A program made the position numbers and the translations under genes. A stretch of 33,688 nt of DNA, from NCBI GenBank assembly GCA_018303245.1, contig JAGVYM010000010.1, forward strand, positions 1 through 33,688, written 5' to 3'. Positions 1 through 7,700 of this stretch are shown piece by piece (the stretch's first letter is position 1; every line of letters starts with the position of its first letter). This stretch comes from Candidatus Woesearchaeota archaeon. GTDB taxonomy: Archaea; Nanobdellota; Nanobdellia; Woesearchaeales; ARS49. The notes below the pieces were generated by a model, which did no database searches, was not told the origin of the DNA, and saw nothing but the letters and a program-made list of their open reading frames with translations.

Positions 1-1
1 A

Positions 2-247
2 GGGAATATTCCTCCCGCAAATCGTCCTTTTGTTGTTCCAAGAGCAATGAACTATTTTATGGGCGCAGGATTCGCAGTAGGGCTTGCTCTTGTGGTAAAA
101 GGAAACGCTGAAGAAAATGTACAGTTAGAATATTTCGGTGCTGGAATAGCGACATATTCGGTGATCTATGCGGCGAGTGTGCATTTTATTTCTCCGCTAA
201 TCGCAAAGTCTATTAACCATCGTTTTTCACAAAAACATCAACCGTAA
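2..247 (+). CDS. 3' part of a hydrophobic (membrane) protein gene, open to the left window edge
   Basis: The frame has no stop from nt 2, and the track ORF begins at internal ATG 47. The translation (GAGFAVGLALVV, GAGIATYSVIYAA) looks like TM helices. No family recognised. Confidence 0.35.
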   Translation, partial: GNIPPANRPFVVPRAMNYFMGAGFAVGLALVVKGNAEENVQLEYFGAGIATYSVIYAASVHFISPLIAKSINHRFSQKHQP

Positions 248-580
248 CTTGTTCCCGAGCGGATACACCCCAACTACATCTCCATCGAGACGGTTCCAGC
301 GTAAATATTTTTGGATTTTGCGCATTTGCGTGTTCAAGCCAAACAGCGATCGCCTGCAGCTTCCGCTTTTGATTTCGATGTAGCGTTTACAGACTCCTTT
401 TTCACACCTATAAACAATAAAAATGTCTGGTTGTGCGATCGCGTGTTTTTTCTTAGTTAAAGGATATTCTGTTTCAATGGCGATGACTTCCTCTTTGTCA
501 ATGCCGACGAGCTCGGGGTTTTCAAGAATTAAGGTTTTGAGCTCTTCGTGCCGCTGCAAACTGCCGCGTTCGTAGTGCAT
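227..580 (-). CDS. small PD-(D/E)xK nuclease-fold-like protein (putative)
   Basis: 117-aa ORF. The motif order IETEYP ... AQPDIFIV ... YIEIKSG fits the E / PD / ExK signature of restriction-endonuclease-like folds. Assignment by eye only. Confidence 0.4.
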   Translation of the reverse strand: MHYERGSLQRHEELKTLILENPELVGIDKEEVIAIETEYPLTKKKHAIAQPDIFIVYRCEKGVCKRYIEIKSGSCRRSLFGLNTQMRKIQKYLRWNRLDGDVVGVYPLGNKLRLMFL

Positions 581-651
581 TCTTCGAGTAAGGTGTGTAG
601 ATATATAATGATTTCTTTCAATTTATGCAAAAAGGCAAATAGTTTAAGGTT

Positions 652-948
652 CTATTCTCGACGCGGAAGTTTTGACTGGGCGAAATAAACTTTAAACAAA
701 GTGGTATCTGATTCAGCTGGCGTGCGGTCCTTCATAAGGGTTCTAGAGAGTGCGAGTGTGGTGTCAACGAGTGCAGGTCCGCAATGGACACGGCCCAAAT
801 CTGCTTGTTGATTCATCCAGAATGCATAGTTGGCAAGGGCAACGCCTGCCTCGACATAGTTTTGCGCGGTAAGAGCTGGCTTGATTTTGTCAGCATACGC
901 GTCGTGAAGTCGGTGGACTAATTCAACTGCAGTAAGGGGAGTATTCAT
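652..948 (-). CDS. hypothetical alpha-helical protein
   Basis: 98-aa ORF with non-repetitive, helical-looking sequence. No motif recognised. Confidence 0.45.
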   Translation of the reverse strand: MNTPLTAVELVHRLHDAYADKIKPALTAQNYVEAGVALANYAFWMNQQADLGRVHCGPALVDTTLALSRTLMKDRTPAESDTTLFKVYFAQSKLPRRE

Positions 949-1106
949 TCTTTGTTCAAATCAGCGATATCTTTTTAAACGTTTTGACTTCTTTTCAACA
1001 GTTGGGCTTAATTTGCAGCTTGCTGCTATTAGTGCCCAACTTTGAAATAAGAAATTGTCTTCTCACTTCCAATGGAATTCAGACAATTTCTATATTCGAA
1101 GAGTAC

Positions 1107-1181
1107 GCCGCGGTCGTATAGTCCGGTCAAGTATGCTGCCCTTTCGAGGCGGTCACCTGGGTTCAAATCCCAGCCGCGGCA
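1107..1181 (+). tRNA. tRNA-Glu (anticodon UUC), 75 nt, CCA not encoded
   Basis: Hand-folded cloverleaf. Acceptor GCCGCGG/CCGCGGC. Anticodon stem CTGCC/GGCGG with loop CTTTCGA (anticodon TTC at 1143-1145). T arm CTGGG-TTCAAAT-CCCAG. Discriminator A1181. The D arm AGTCCGGTCAA is typical of archaeal tRNA-Glu. Confidence 0.9.
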
Positions 1182-1182
1182 T
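1160..1182. repeat. attL-like core (3' end of tRNA-Glu)
   Basis: GGTTCAAATCCCAGCCGCGGCAT. Degenerate copies occur at 7701-7718 and 7037-7048. Confidence 0.5.
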
Positions 1183-1188
1183 CTGATT

Positions 1189-2385
1189 GTGCCTAAGCCG
1201 TTTATTCAGACGAAAAGAGGATACAGGGGTTACTATTGTAAAAATTCTGCAAACTTAGATTATTTCAGACGGTTAATCGCTAAGTTTGAATCCAGAGATT
1301 TGAGCTATGTTAGACGGCTTCGCCTTCTTCAAGATTTGAAAATTGTTGTTCACTTTACAGAGAAAGACCTTAAAGAACTTGCCAGAGAGGATATTGACCA
1401 GATTGTTGCGCGGGTAAATACTTCGCAAAGTTCTGAAAGTGCCAGTGATTTTAAGACGCATTTGAAAATTATTTGGAAGTTAATCCTTCCAGAAACAGAT
1501 GAAAAGAATAGACCAGATGAATCAATAACGCCTTATGTAGTGAGACATTTGAAATCGTACATAGATAAGAGCAGACAAAAGAGAAGAATAGACAAGCTCT
1601 CATGGGAAGAGTTTGAACGCATTGTAACTTTCTTCAGCGATAAGCCATGCATTCAGGCGTACTTGATGTTAGCACTTGAAAGTTTGGGAAGACCTCAAGA
1701 GCTTTTATGGCGCAAAATAAAAGACGTGGAATTATACGACAACTACGCCAAAATTTATCTCTCAAGTCATGGAAAAGAAGGTATAGGTATTCTTCAATGC
1801 ATTGATAGTTATGCTTATCTCACTTCGTGGCTCAATGAACACCCTTTCAGAAAAAATCCAGATGCGTTTCTTTTCGTTAATTCAAAGGGTGACCAATACT
1901 CAAATTTTGCTATTAACAAACATATGAGGATTGCCTGTGAAAAACTGCAAATCAATAAGCCGATAACGTGCTATTCTCTCAAAAGAAACGGCGTAACTCT
2001 GCGCCGTTTAAGAGGAGATACGGATGTAGAAATACAGCGTGCGGCGCGGTGGTCAAGCACGAAACAACTCAAAACTTATGACCTTTCAGACCAAGATGAT
2101 GCGTTTAAACTTGAACTTGTGAAAAGAGGGCTTATAGAGCCAGAACATGGTTTTGAACACTTGAAGCCGAAAACCCGCCCTTGTGTTCACTGTGGCGCGT
2201 TAAACAAGTTTACAGATGTGACTTGTAACCATTGCAATAGACCGCTGGATAGAAAGCGAATTCTTGAACTTCAGCGCGAAGATGAACTTAGAGCACTCAA
2301 AGACTTTATGACAATCCCTCAAGTAAAAGAACTCTTCGAGACGGTGTACAGATTAAAGAAGAAAGTGGAGGGAAGGTCAAAATAA
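1189..2385 (+). CDS. tyrosine recombinase/integrase with C-terminal zinc ribbon
   Basis: Track ORF is 1072..2385. LGRPQELLWRKIKDV is box-I Arg-like. YSLKRNGVTL aligns with box II HxLRHxxA. RWSSTKQLKTYD carries the candidate catalytic Tyr. CVHCGALNKFTDVTCNHC is CxxC...CxxC. Start is set to GTG 1189, the first canonical start after the tRNA. The ORF stays open back through the tRNA to ATG 1072, so the start is uncertain. Confidence 0.75.
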   Translation: MPKPFIQTKRGYRGYYCKNSANLDYFRRLIAKFESRDLSYVRRLRLLQDLKIVVHFTEKDLKELAREDIDQIVARVNTSQSSESASDFKTHLKIIWKLILPETDEKNRPDESITPYVVRHLKSYIDKSRQKRRIDKLSWEEFERIVTFFSDKPCIQAYLMLALESLGRPQELLWRKIKDVELYDNYAKIYLSSHGKEGIGILQCIDSYAYLTSWLNEHPFRKNPDAFLFVNSKGDQYSNFAINKHMRIACEKLQINKPITCYSLKRNGVTLRRLRGDTDVEIQRAARWSSTKQLKTYDLSDQDDAFKLELVKRGLIEPEHGFEHLKPKTRPCVHCGALNKFTDVTCNHCNRPLDRKRILELQREDELRALKDFMTIPQVKELFETVYRLKKKVEGRSK

Positions 2386-2426
2386 GCAATCAAGAACTCT
2401 TCTTTCATCAGAATATGAGGCTCCTC

Positions 2427-2675
2427 TTAATATTTCTTCTTTATTTTTTCATAAAGCTCTTTTATTCTTGAATCTTCTCCATAATTAACCCAAATGCCTT
2501 TTTTGCAATCATCTACAAGAATTGAATAATCATATCCGATAGTTATTATTGCTGACCCGTTTAGTCCTTGGAGAATTTCCTCATTTTTTGTCCGAGATAA
2601 ATTATGAAATTTCCATTCTTTGACATCTTGAGCTAACCTCAATACTTCTTCAAGTGTTGGTTTTGTTTTTGCCAT
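2427..2675 (-). CDS. hypothetical small protein (element cargo)
   Basis: 82-aa ORF that ends 1 nt after the upstream ORF in a tightly packed same-strand array. No motif recognised. Confidence 0.5.
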   Translation of the reverse strand: MAKTKPTLEEVLRLAQDVKEWKFHNLSRTKNEEILQGLNGSAIITIGYDYSILVDDCKKGIWVNYGEDSRIKELYEKIKKKY

Positions 2676-2676
2676 T

Positions 2677-2919
2677 TTATTCTTCCTTTGGTTTTAGTTC
2701 AGGAAATAACTTGTAAAGTTCTTGTCGTGTTTGTATATATGCATTTCTTGAACCTAAACATTCTTTCATCAAATTAAAACTTGCCTCGTCAAATGCACCG
2801 CATCGCTGCCAGCCGCGATTAGCATTTTCATATGATGCTCTTCGTCTTTCTGCTTCTGTAGTTTCCTTTTCTAAAAATTTCACGAGAGCTTGCAATTTTT
2901 CGGTAATATCTTTACTCAT
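2677..2919 (-). CDS. small helical protein, paralogue of 3421..3636
   Basis: 80 aa. It shares EKLxxLVKxL near the N-terminus and YxLFPxLxxK at the C-terminus with the 71-aa ORF at 3421..3636. It overlaps the upstream ORF by 8 nt. Confidence 0.55.
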   Translation of the reverse strand: MSKDITEKLQALVKFLEKETTEAERRRASYENANRGWQRCGAFDEASFNLMKECLGSRNAYIQTRQELYKLFPELKPKEE

Positions 2920-3424
2920 TGTATTCCACTCGGACTTTTTTATGTGATTTCAAGATTTTTGATTTGATGTATTCTTTTAATCCTTCTTCTGTTTTGTAAA
3001 AGACGTTTCCAGCTAAAACACTTTGTTTTCTTCTTCCTATTGAGCAATTGTTTGGACTGCGGTCACCGCCCTCTATGCTTGTTATTTGAACATCAATTTC
3101 AACTTCAGTTTCATCAGTTAATTCTAACGTTTTTCTGACTGCGTCATCCAAATCAATATTTTTTATCTTAGGACTTGTTCTCAGGAAGGTATTCCCTGCT
3201 CCACAATACATGGCAGAATTACGATAAAAATGTCTTACGATTTCAGAATCTAACTTTTTCTCTTTACTTAATCTTCTAATGGCATCTTGAATTTCATAAT
3301 TAGCAATAGCCGGATTTGTTTCTAAGTAAATTTCAACTGACTTTGCTACTCTTCGTTTATGTTCATCATAAACTCTACTTCCAACTCCAAAATTCTGTTC
3401 GCCCAAGATTGTTGTAAGGTTCAT
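2912..3424 (-). CDS. hypothetical protein (element cargo)
   Basis: 170-aa ORF with a 4-nt overlap with the upstream ORF, suggesting coupling. No motif recognised. Confidence 0.6.
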   Translation of the reverse strand: MNLTTILGEQNFGVGSRVYDEHKRRVAKSVEIYLETNPAIANYEIQDAIRRLSKEKKLDSEIVRHFYRNSAMYCGAGNTFLRTSPKIKNIDLDDAVRKTLELTDETEVEIDVQITSIEGGDRSPNNCSIGRRKQSVLAGNVFYKTEEGLKEYIKSKILKSHKKVRVEYNE

Positions 3425-3636
3425 TTTTGTAGGTCTGGGAAAAGTTGGTAAATTTGTTCTCGCACGCTTTGGTATGTTTCAACTCGGGCAGCGTTTTTTA
3501 TTTTCGGGAGATTGTCATATGCTTGTACAAATCTTCCTCCATACGGTGCACTCTCTTCTTTTCTCTCAGATTCTATCTTGTCATCAAGAGATTTGACCAA
3601 TAAACGTAATTTTTCTTCGTATTCGTTTGATTCCAT
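3421..3636 (-). CDS. small helical protein, paralogue of 2677..2919
   Basis: 71 aa. The TATA-like CTTTATAAA lies 23 nt upstream of the ATG, consistent with a leaderless layout. Shares terminal motifs with 2677..2919. Confidence 0.55.
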   Translation of the reverse strand: MESNEYEEKLRLLVKSLDDKIESERKEESAPYGGRFVQAYDNLPKIKNAARVETYQSVREQIYQLFPDLQK

Positions 3637-3659
3637 GCTTCAAATTTCACATTTACTGC

Positions 3660-3668
3660 TTTATAAAG
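3660..3668 (-). promoter_or_regulatory. TATA box for 3421..3636
   Basis: TTTATAAAG lies 23 nt from ATG 3636. Confidence 0.45.
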
Positions 3669-3706
3669 CTTTCTGAAGAGACAACTCGAAAGTAGTAAAT
3701 ATTTAT

Positions 3707-3842
3707 GGTTGCGGGACAGTGCAAGGCATAATCCCAAAGTGCCTTCTGGATGCCTTACGGTGTGCTTGAACTGTCCTGAGATACGTCCCAAAGCCATAGG
3801 CAAACCAAACGCTAACCGTCTCTGGCGCGTTTCTCCACCGCG
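3707..3842. other. GC-rich structured intergenic island (possible ncRNA, terminator or ori-like element)
   Basis: GGACAGTGCAAG (3714-3725) pairs with CTTGAACTGTCC (3765-3776), 11 of 12 bp. A nested GCAT/ATGC sits inside. TCCCAAAG is repeated at 3733 and 3786. GCGCG-TTTCTCCAC-CGCGC forms a hairpin at 3826-3844. The two track ORFs here look spurious. Confidence 0.3.
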
Positions 3843-4031
3843 CTATTCGCGTCTCTTCGCATCAAGCCAGTGTTTCTTATGCGCCCACACGCGCTCACGT
3901 TTAATTCCAGTAACGCTGACTATTTCCCACCACGGAATTCTGGGGCTGTCTTCTAAGAGAATCCAAACTATTGTGCGTTCTTCCTGAATGCGTTTCCATT
4001 CGGGGCGTAAGAGTTTCTTCACCCAATTCAT
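3843..4031 (-). CDS. small basic Trp-rich protein, HTH-like (possible regulator/excisionase)
   Basis: 62 aa. An ATGA start/stop overlap with the upstream zinc-ribbon gene argues it is translated. IPWWEIVSVTGIKRERVW looks like helix-turn-helix. Confidence 0.45.
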   Translation of the reverse strand: MNWVKKLLRPEWKRIQEERTIVWILLEDSPRIPWWEIVSVTGIKRERVWAHKKHWLDAKRRE

Positions 4032-5092
4032 TGAACACCTTTTGATTTATTCTTTACAACAAAACAATCAACCTCATCGTTTTGTTCACGAATGATAATT
4101 GAGTGTTTATCTTTGTGTACCAAAAAATCAAGATGCGCTCGTGCTTTGTTGTAGCGCAGGTCTTTTCCAAAGCTAAGCATTATTTCTTGAATTGTTTCAG
4201 GAGTTACTTTCATACCAATGTAGTGTTCAGCAAGATGTTCTTTAATGCGAATAATCACTGCTTTCTTTTTGGATTCTCTCTCTTTTTTGAGAAGGGCTTT
4301 TTCTAATTTAACTGCTTGATGTTCTTTCTCTATTTTTCGCAGTCGTGTGATTCTTTCTGTTACCAGTTGTTTGAACCTCATTGCAACACTTACTTCTATT
4401 GAAAGGCGGTTTACTGCGTAAAAATCTTTATTGATTTTGTAATATTTGCTTGAACGCTGTCCAACAAAGCGCAAGTATTCTTGTTTGTTTTGTACATCAA
4501 TATCGGTGAAGTCTAAGTTCGTGATGGCTTTTTCTCTTTCAAGTTCTTTGAGCCAATCGTGAAGTTTGGATTTATTATCCTCAGACATACCTAAAAGAAG
4601 ACGCAGTTCATCAAAATATGCAACCTCTAAGTATTTGACTGCGTATACAATTTGGAGTTTTTTGATAGACTTTTCTGCGCTTTTTGCACGTTCTAATTGG
4701 TTTTCAACAAATTCTGTTAAGGACTCTACATCACAGCTCCCATCAGGCAAACGGAAATTTTTCTGAAAGTCACGTTCCAGTTCTGATGCCTGAACTGTGG
4801 GCGCAGTTTTGATTTTTTCTAGGGGTTGCGCGTTTGAGAACTCTTTGTCGATTTTTTGAGTAAACTGGCTTGAATCAGTGGCTGTTTTTTCTGAACTCAA
4901 AGTGTTGTTTTGGTTCGGAAGAGAACTGAAATGGTTATTTGAGTTCTGAGATGAACTGTCAATTTTGATAGTGTTCTTGGCTAAACCCATTGTGGAAAGT
5001 ATGGACTTTTCGTTGCACTGTTCGCATAAGCGATTAGGGTTTGAAAGAACGCTAATAATTACGCCACACTGAATGCAATGAACATCAGCCAT
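4028..5092 (-). CDS. zinc-ribbon protein with S/N/Q-rich linker and about 250-aa C-terminal domain (replication or DNA-binding candidate)
   Basis: CIQCG...CEQC at the N-terminus. Start is set to ATG 5092, preceded by AGGTGA. The track starts the ORF at GTG 5101. Confidence 0.7.
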   Translation of the reverse strand: MADVHCIQCGVIISVLSNPNRLCEQCNEKSILSTMGLAKNTIKIDSSSQNSNNHFSSLPNQNNTLSSEKTATDSSQFTQKIDKEFSNAQPLEKIKTAPTVQASELERDFQKNFRLPDGSCDVESLTEFVENQLERAKSAEKSIKKLQIVYAVKYLEVAYFDELRLLLGMSEDNKSKLHDWLKELEREKAITNLDFTDIDVQNKQEYLRFVGQRSSKYYKINKDFYAVNRLSIEVSVAMRFKQLVTERITRLRKIEKEHQAVKLEKALLKKERESKKKAVIIRIKEHLAEHYIGMKVTPETIQEIMLSFGKDLRYNKARAHLDFLVHKDKHSIIIREQNDEVDCFVVKNKSKGVQ

Positions 5093-5337
5093 CCTGCTCA
5101 CCTAAGACTTTCTTCCGCACGTATTCGCTTTTTGATGAACCTTTGGGAATAGAACCTTCAATTTTTGCAAGTTCGATAGAATTAACTTTGTGTCACAAGG
5201 GTTTTTATGTTTTGGCTGTTTCTGTTGCATTGTCATCGGCTCTTTTTGAAGTGGGCGTTGTCGCGTCCGCTTTGATTTTTTCTTCTGCATTTTTGATTAG
5301 AATTCCCACATTATCTAACAAGTCCTTCAGGATGGCT

Positions 5338-5574
5338 TCACTGTGCATTTTTCCACCCTGCAAGCCATCCATCAACTGCGGTCTTTTTCTCTTGAGGTTC
5401 AATTTGAGAATTTGCAATTTCTTGACTTTCTGAATCATCAGATTCCAGTTCAGATACCAGTCTGCGTAAAACTGATGCTTTGCTGGTGTACGCTTTCCTT
5501 GCTTCGCTGGATAGCTTTGCATACAGCGCATCGTCGAAAATCACAGTTATCGTTTTGTTCACTTTGGCTTTCAT
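5338..5574 (-). CDS. ribbon-helix-helix (CopG/Arc-like) DNA-binding protein
   Basis: KTITVIFDDALYAKL (beta strand plus helix) followed by SKASVLRRLV fits RHH. TATA TTTAAATA lies 22 nt upstream of the ATG. Confidence 0.6.
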   Translation of the reverse strand: MKAKVNKTITVIFDDALYAKLSSEARKAYTSKASVLRRLVSELESDDSESQEIANSQIEPQEKKTAVDGWLAGWKNAQ

Positions 5575-5596
5575 AGTATTTGTTAGGAGTACCTAT

Positions 5597-5647
5597 TATT
5601 TAAACCTTTCTGAATGGAAAACCTTTTAAAATCTGGAAACTCTGGAA
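5597..5647. promoter_or_regulatory. divergent promoter region with direct repeat TCTGGAA x2
   Basis: The TATA for the minus gene (TATTTAAA, 5597-5604) and for the plus gene (TTTTAAAA, 5624-5631) each lie about 22 nt from their ATG. TCTGGAA occurs at 5632 and 5641, between the TATA and ATG 5654, and may be an RHH operator. Confidence 0.4.
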
Positions 5648-5653
5648 TGTGTT

Positions 5654-6115
5654 ATGTTGCCGTTTGAAAAAGAGTTTCCCGAATTGGGAGAAAACTTAAC
5701 CACTATGTCTTATTTTATGTTGGTTGAAGAAGCCGCATTTATCAGATATGCGTATTTTGCTCAAAGACCTATGTCCACTCCGGAGTATTATTCTTTTCTT
5801 TTAGGTTTTGAAATAGGTCGTCTTGAAAGGGATGCTAAGTACGCGATTAAAATTGGAATTTACCCCCTTCCACATTTCATTGAAATGGAAAAGATGGCTA
5901 AAGGAGTGGGTGCAAAAGCGTCATATAAGAGGACACTTTCTATCCTTGAACGATTAGCGAAGTGGGGATTTTTGAAAAAGAGACCTGTTCAACATATGAA
6001 GGAGAAATTCTTTTGGGTTCTGAATCCTCCATTCTTGCAGAAATATGGAAGCCAACTCAAGGCAATAGAAGAAAAATCTCCTCTTGTGGAGAAGCAAAAA
6101 GAAGCGAAAACTTAA
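5654..6115 (+). CDS. hypothetical protein, winged-helix-like C-terminal half
   Basis: 153 aa. SYKRTLSILERLAKWGFLKKR resembles a wHTH recognition helix plus wing. Confidence 0.5.
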   Translation: MLPFEKEFPELGENLTTMSYFMLVEEAAFIRYAYFAQRPMSTPEYYSFLLGFEIGRLERDAKYAIKIGIYPLPHFIEMEKMAKGVGAKASYKRTLSILERLAKWGFLKKRPVQHMKEKFFWVLNPPFLQKYGSQLKAIEEKSPLVEKQKEAKT

Positions 6116-6144
6116 TATATTTCTATTATATCAGTTGATATAAC

Positions 6145-6450
6145 ATGACTGAACTCATAAATTCGCACGGAGAGAACATTTTGCGTTTTCCTAGACTTGA
6201 TACTGTGCTTATGGTTGAGGAGTTTATCAAAGCGCATGACGGAGAGTTGAAAAAGCGCAAGCTCTGGGAGTCGCTACCGAAAAAGATGATGTATCAGACC
6301 TTTTGCGTTGTCATTGATTATTTGCTTCAATCACACAAGCTTTCAATTGATGCAGAAGGCAAGATTGGCTGGATGTACTATCCTGAAACCGCAAAGAGAT
6401 ATTGCGAGAGGGCTGACTTAGGAAGACGCAAAATCAAAAAGTTTAAATAA
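6145..6450 (+). CDS. hypothetical small protein (wHTH-like)
   Basis: 101-aa ORF on the same strand as its neighbours. No firm motif. Confidence 0.5.
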   Translation: MTELINSHGENILRFPRLDTVLMVEEFIKAHDGELKKRKLWESLPKKMMYQTFCVVIDYLLQSHKLSIDAEGKIGWMYYPETAKRYCERADLGRRKIKKFK

Positions 6451-6470
6451 AAGTAAGACCTATCTTACTT
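6442..6470 (+). promoter_or_regulatory. TA-module promoter with palindromic operator
   Basis: TTTAAATA (6442-6449) is followed by the perfect inverted repeat AAGTAAGA-CCTA-TCTTACTT (6451-6470), which ends 1 nt before ATG 6472. Confidence 0.45.
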
Positions 6471-6471
6471 T

Positions 6472-6738
6472 ATGGAAATCGCTATAACGACGATGAGTTC
6501 AAAAGGGCAGATTGTGATACCTAAAGAAATGCGCTCACGCATAAAAGAAGGTGAAAAAATAGTTATTTTGGAGCGAGATGGTCAATTTGTACTCAAGTTA
6601 GCTCGCAATCTGGACAAAAACTTCAAGGACGATTTGGAGTTTGCAAGAAGGACTGAAGACGCGTGGAAAAGCTACGATAGAGGAGAGTTTAAGTCAAGTT
6701 CTGCAGAGGATTTCTTAAAAGAATTAAGCAAATGGTAA
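6472..6738 (+). CDS. AbrB/SpoVT-fold antitoxin
   Basis: SSKGQIVIPKEMRSRIKEGEKIVILERDGQFVLKL is a classic SpoVT/AbrB swapped-hairpin motif. It overlaps the toxin gene by 7 nt. Confidence 0.8.
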   Translation: MEIAITTMSSKGQIVIPKEMRSRIKEGEKIVILERDGQFVLKLARNLDKNFKDDLEFARRTEDAWKSYDRGEFKSSSAEDFLKELSKW

Positions 6739-6986
6739 TGCCTATAGTTGAGCGAAGAACAGAGTTTGATAAATCCGTCCAAAAGCTAAAAGATGGCTTG
6801 TTGCGAGAAAAAGTTCATAAGCAGATTGCAAAAATAATACAAGACCCTGAACTCGGCAAGCCGATGATGTACGCGCGAAAAGGAACAAGGGAAGTCTACA
6901 TTCCCCCTTTTCGCTTGTCGTACGCATACCTTGCTGAAGAAAACAAGATAATCTTGCTCGATTTATATCACAAAGACGACCAATAG
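6732..6986 (+). CDS. RelE/ParE-family toxin
   Basis: 84 aa. PELGKPMMYARKGTREVYIPPFRLSYAY...IILLDLYHKDDQ matches the RelE/ParE C-terminal consensus (GKP..G..e....fRl.Y......I.ll...HKd). Confidence 0.8.
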   Translation: MVMPIVERRTEFDKSVQKLKDGLLREKVHKQIAKIIQDPELGKPMMYARKGTREVYIPPFRLSYAYLAEENKIILLDLYHKDDQ

Positions 6987-7036
6987 GTTTTAAGTAGTTG
7001 CAGTTCATCAAGGCAGTTAACTTCTGGCACTTAGCT

Positions 7037-7048
7037 CAGCCACGGCAT
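7037..7048. repeat. att-like repeat copy A (CAGCCACGGCAT)
   Basis: Identical to the last 12 nt of copy B. It matches 11/12 to the tRNA-Glu 3' end CAGCCGCGGCAT. Confidence 0.4.
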
Positions 7049-7082
7049 ACAATTTTTAGTTCATTTACGGTAGTTCACCGTT

Positions 7083-7583
7083 TCACTCAGGAATATGATT
7101 TATGTTCAGTCCTCGCTTTGGAAATCTTGCAGTTAAATTTTCCCTAATTACGTAGTCACCAAAACTAACAATTGCCAAAGCCATTGCTTTAAATCTGCCA
7201 ACTTGTTCCATTTTCTTTTTTTGGTATGGATGAAACATAACCCAAACAGAATGTTCTAATCCGTTAATTTTGTGTTCATCACCCTCATACTGAAAATTAA
7301 AGTCCTTATTTATCTGCACTTCAACAGTTCCAGAAGAATAGTTGAATCTTTGAAAAATTTCATCTCTCTCCAAAACACCTTTTTCTGTTTTAATATACTG
7401 CCAAGGTTCTCTTATGCTGCTTTCTCGAGGAGAGTTTCTAAATGAGTTTGTTACTTTTAAAAATAATTCAGCTGGATTTCCAAATAAAAGAACAGGCCAA
7501 TTATCATAAATTTTGAGTTTGCCTTCTAATATGGCTTCGTCATTACATTCTTTGAGTTTATCTAAATATTCACTTAATTTCAT
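7083..7583 (-). CDS. hypothetical protein bracketed by the two att-like copies
   Basis: 166-aa ORF with non-repetitive sequence. No motif recognised. Confidence 0.6.
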   Translation of the reverse strand: MKLSEYLDKLKECNDEAILEGKLKIYDNWPVLLFGNPAELFLKVTNSFRNSPRESSIREPWQYIKTEKGVLERDEIFQRFNYSSGTVEVQINKDFNFQYEGDEHKINGLEHSVWVMFHPYQKKKMEQVGRFKAMALAIVSFGDYVIRENLTARFPKRGLNINHIPE

Positions 7584-7700
7584 GTGTTTATTTGAAGAAA
7601 GTGGGTTTTTAAAGCTTACTGGCAGGCTAACTAAACAGTGACAATTTTGTGCTTAGAATGACTGTGTACTGATTAGTGCCGTAATTGAACTTTTTTCATC

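Noticed and set aside
1072-1188. ATG 1072 as the integrase start (which would translate the tRNA gene).
   Set aside because: The region is a functional-looking tRNA-Glu. GTG 1189, directly after the tRNA, is more plausible. It is kept as an open question in the findings.
3573-3987. Track ORFs 3573..3803 (-) and 3709..3987 (+).
   Set aside because: They overlap each other and the hairpin-rich GC island. They lack a TATA box or RBS, and their translations are Cys/Arg/Pro-rich. I treat the region as non-coding structured DNA/RNA.
5102-5576. Overlapping short ORFs 5102..5290 (-), 5143..5433 (+), 5205..5531 (-) and 5343..5576 (+).
   Set aside because: Only the 5338..5574 frame has a recognisable fold motif (RHH) plus a TATA box. 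A 47-aa ORF (5205..5348, MHSEAILKDLL..) may be real, but I cannot support it. The rest look like shadows.
7021-7060. A possible tRNA fragment at att-like copy A (TTAGCTCAGCC resembles a D-arm).
   Set aside because: I could not fold a cloverleaf, and no T-arm or acceptor pairing is present. It is probably a coincidental D-loop-like string.
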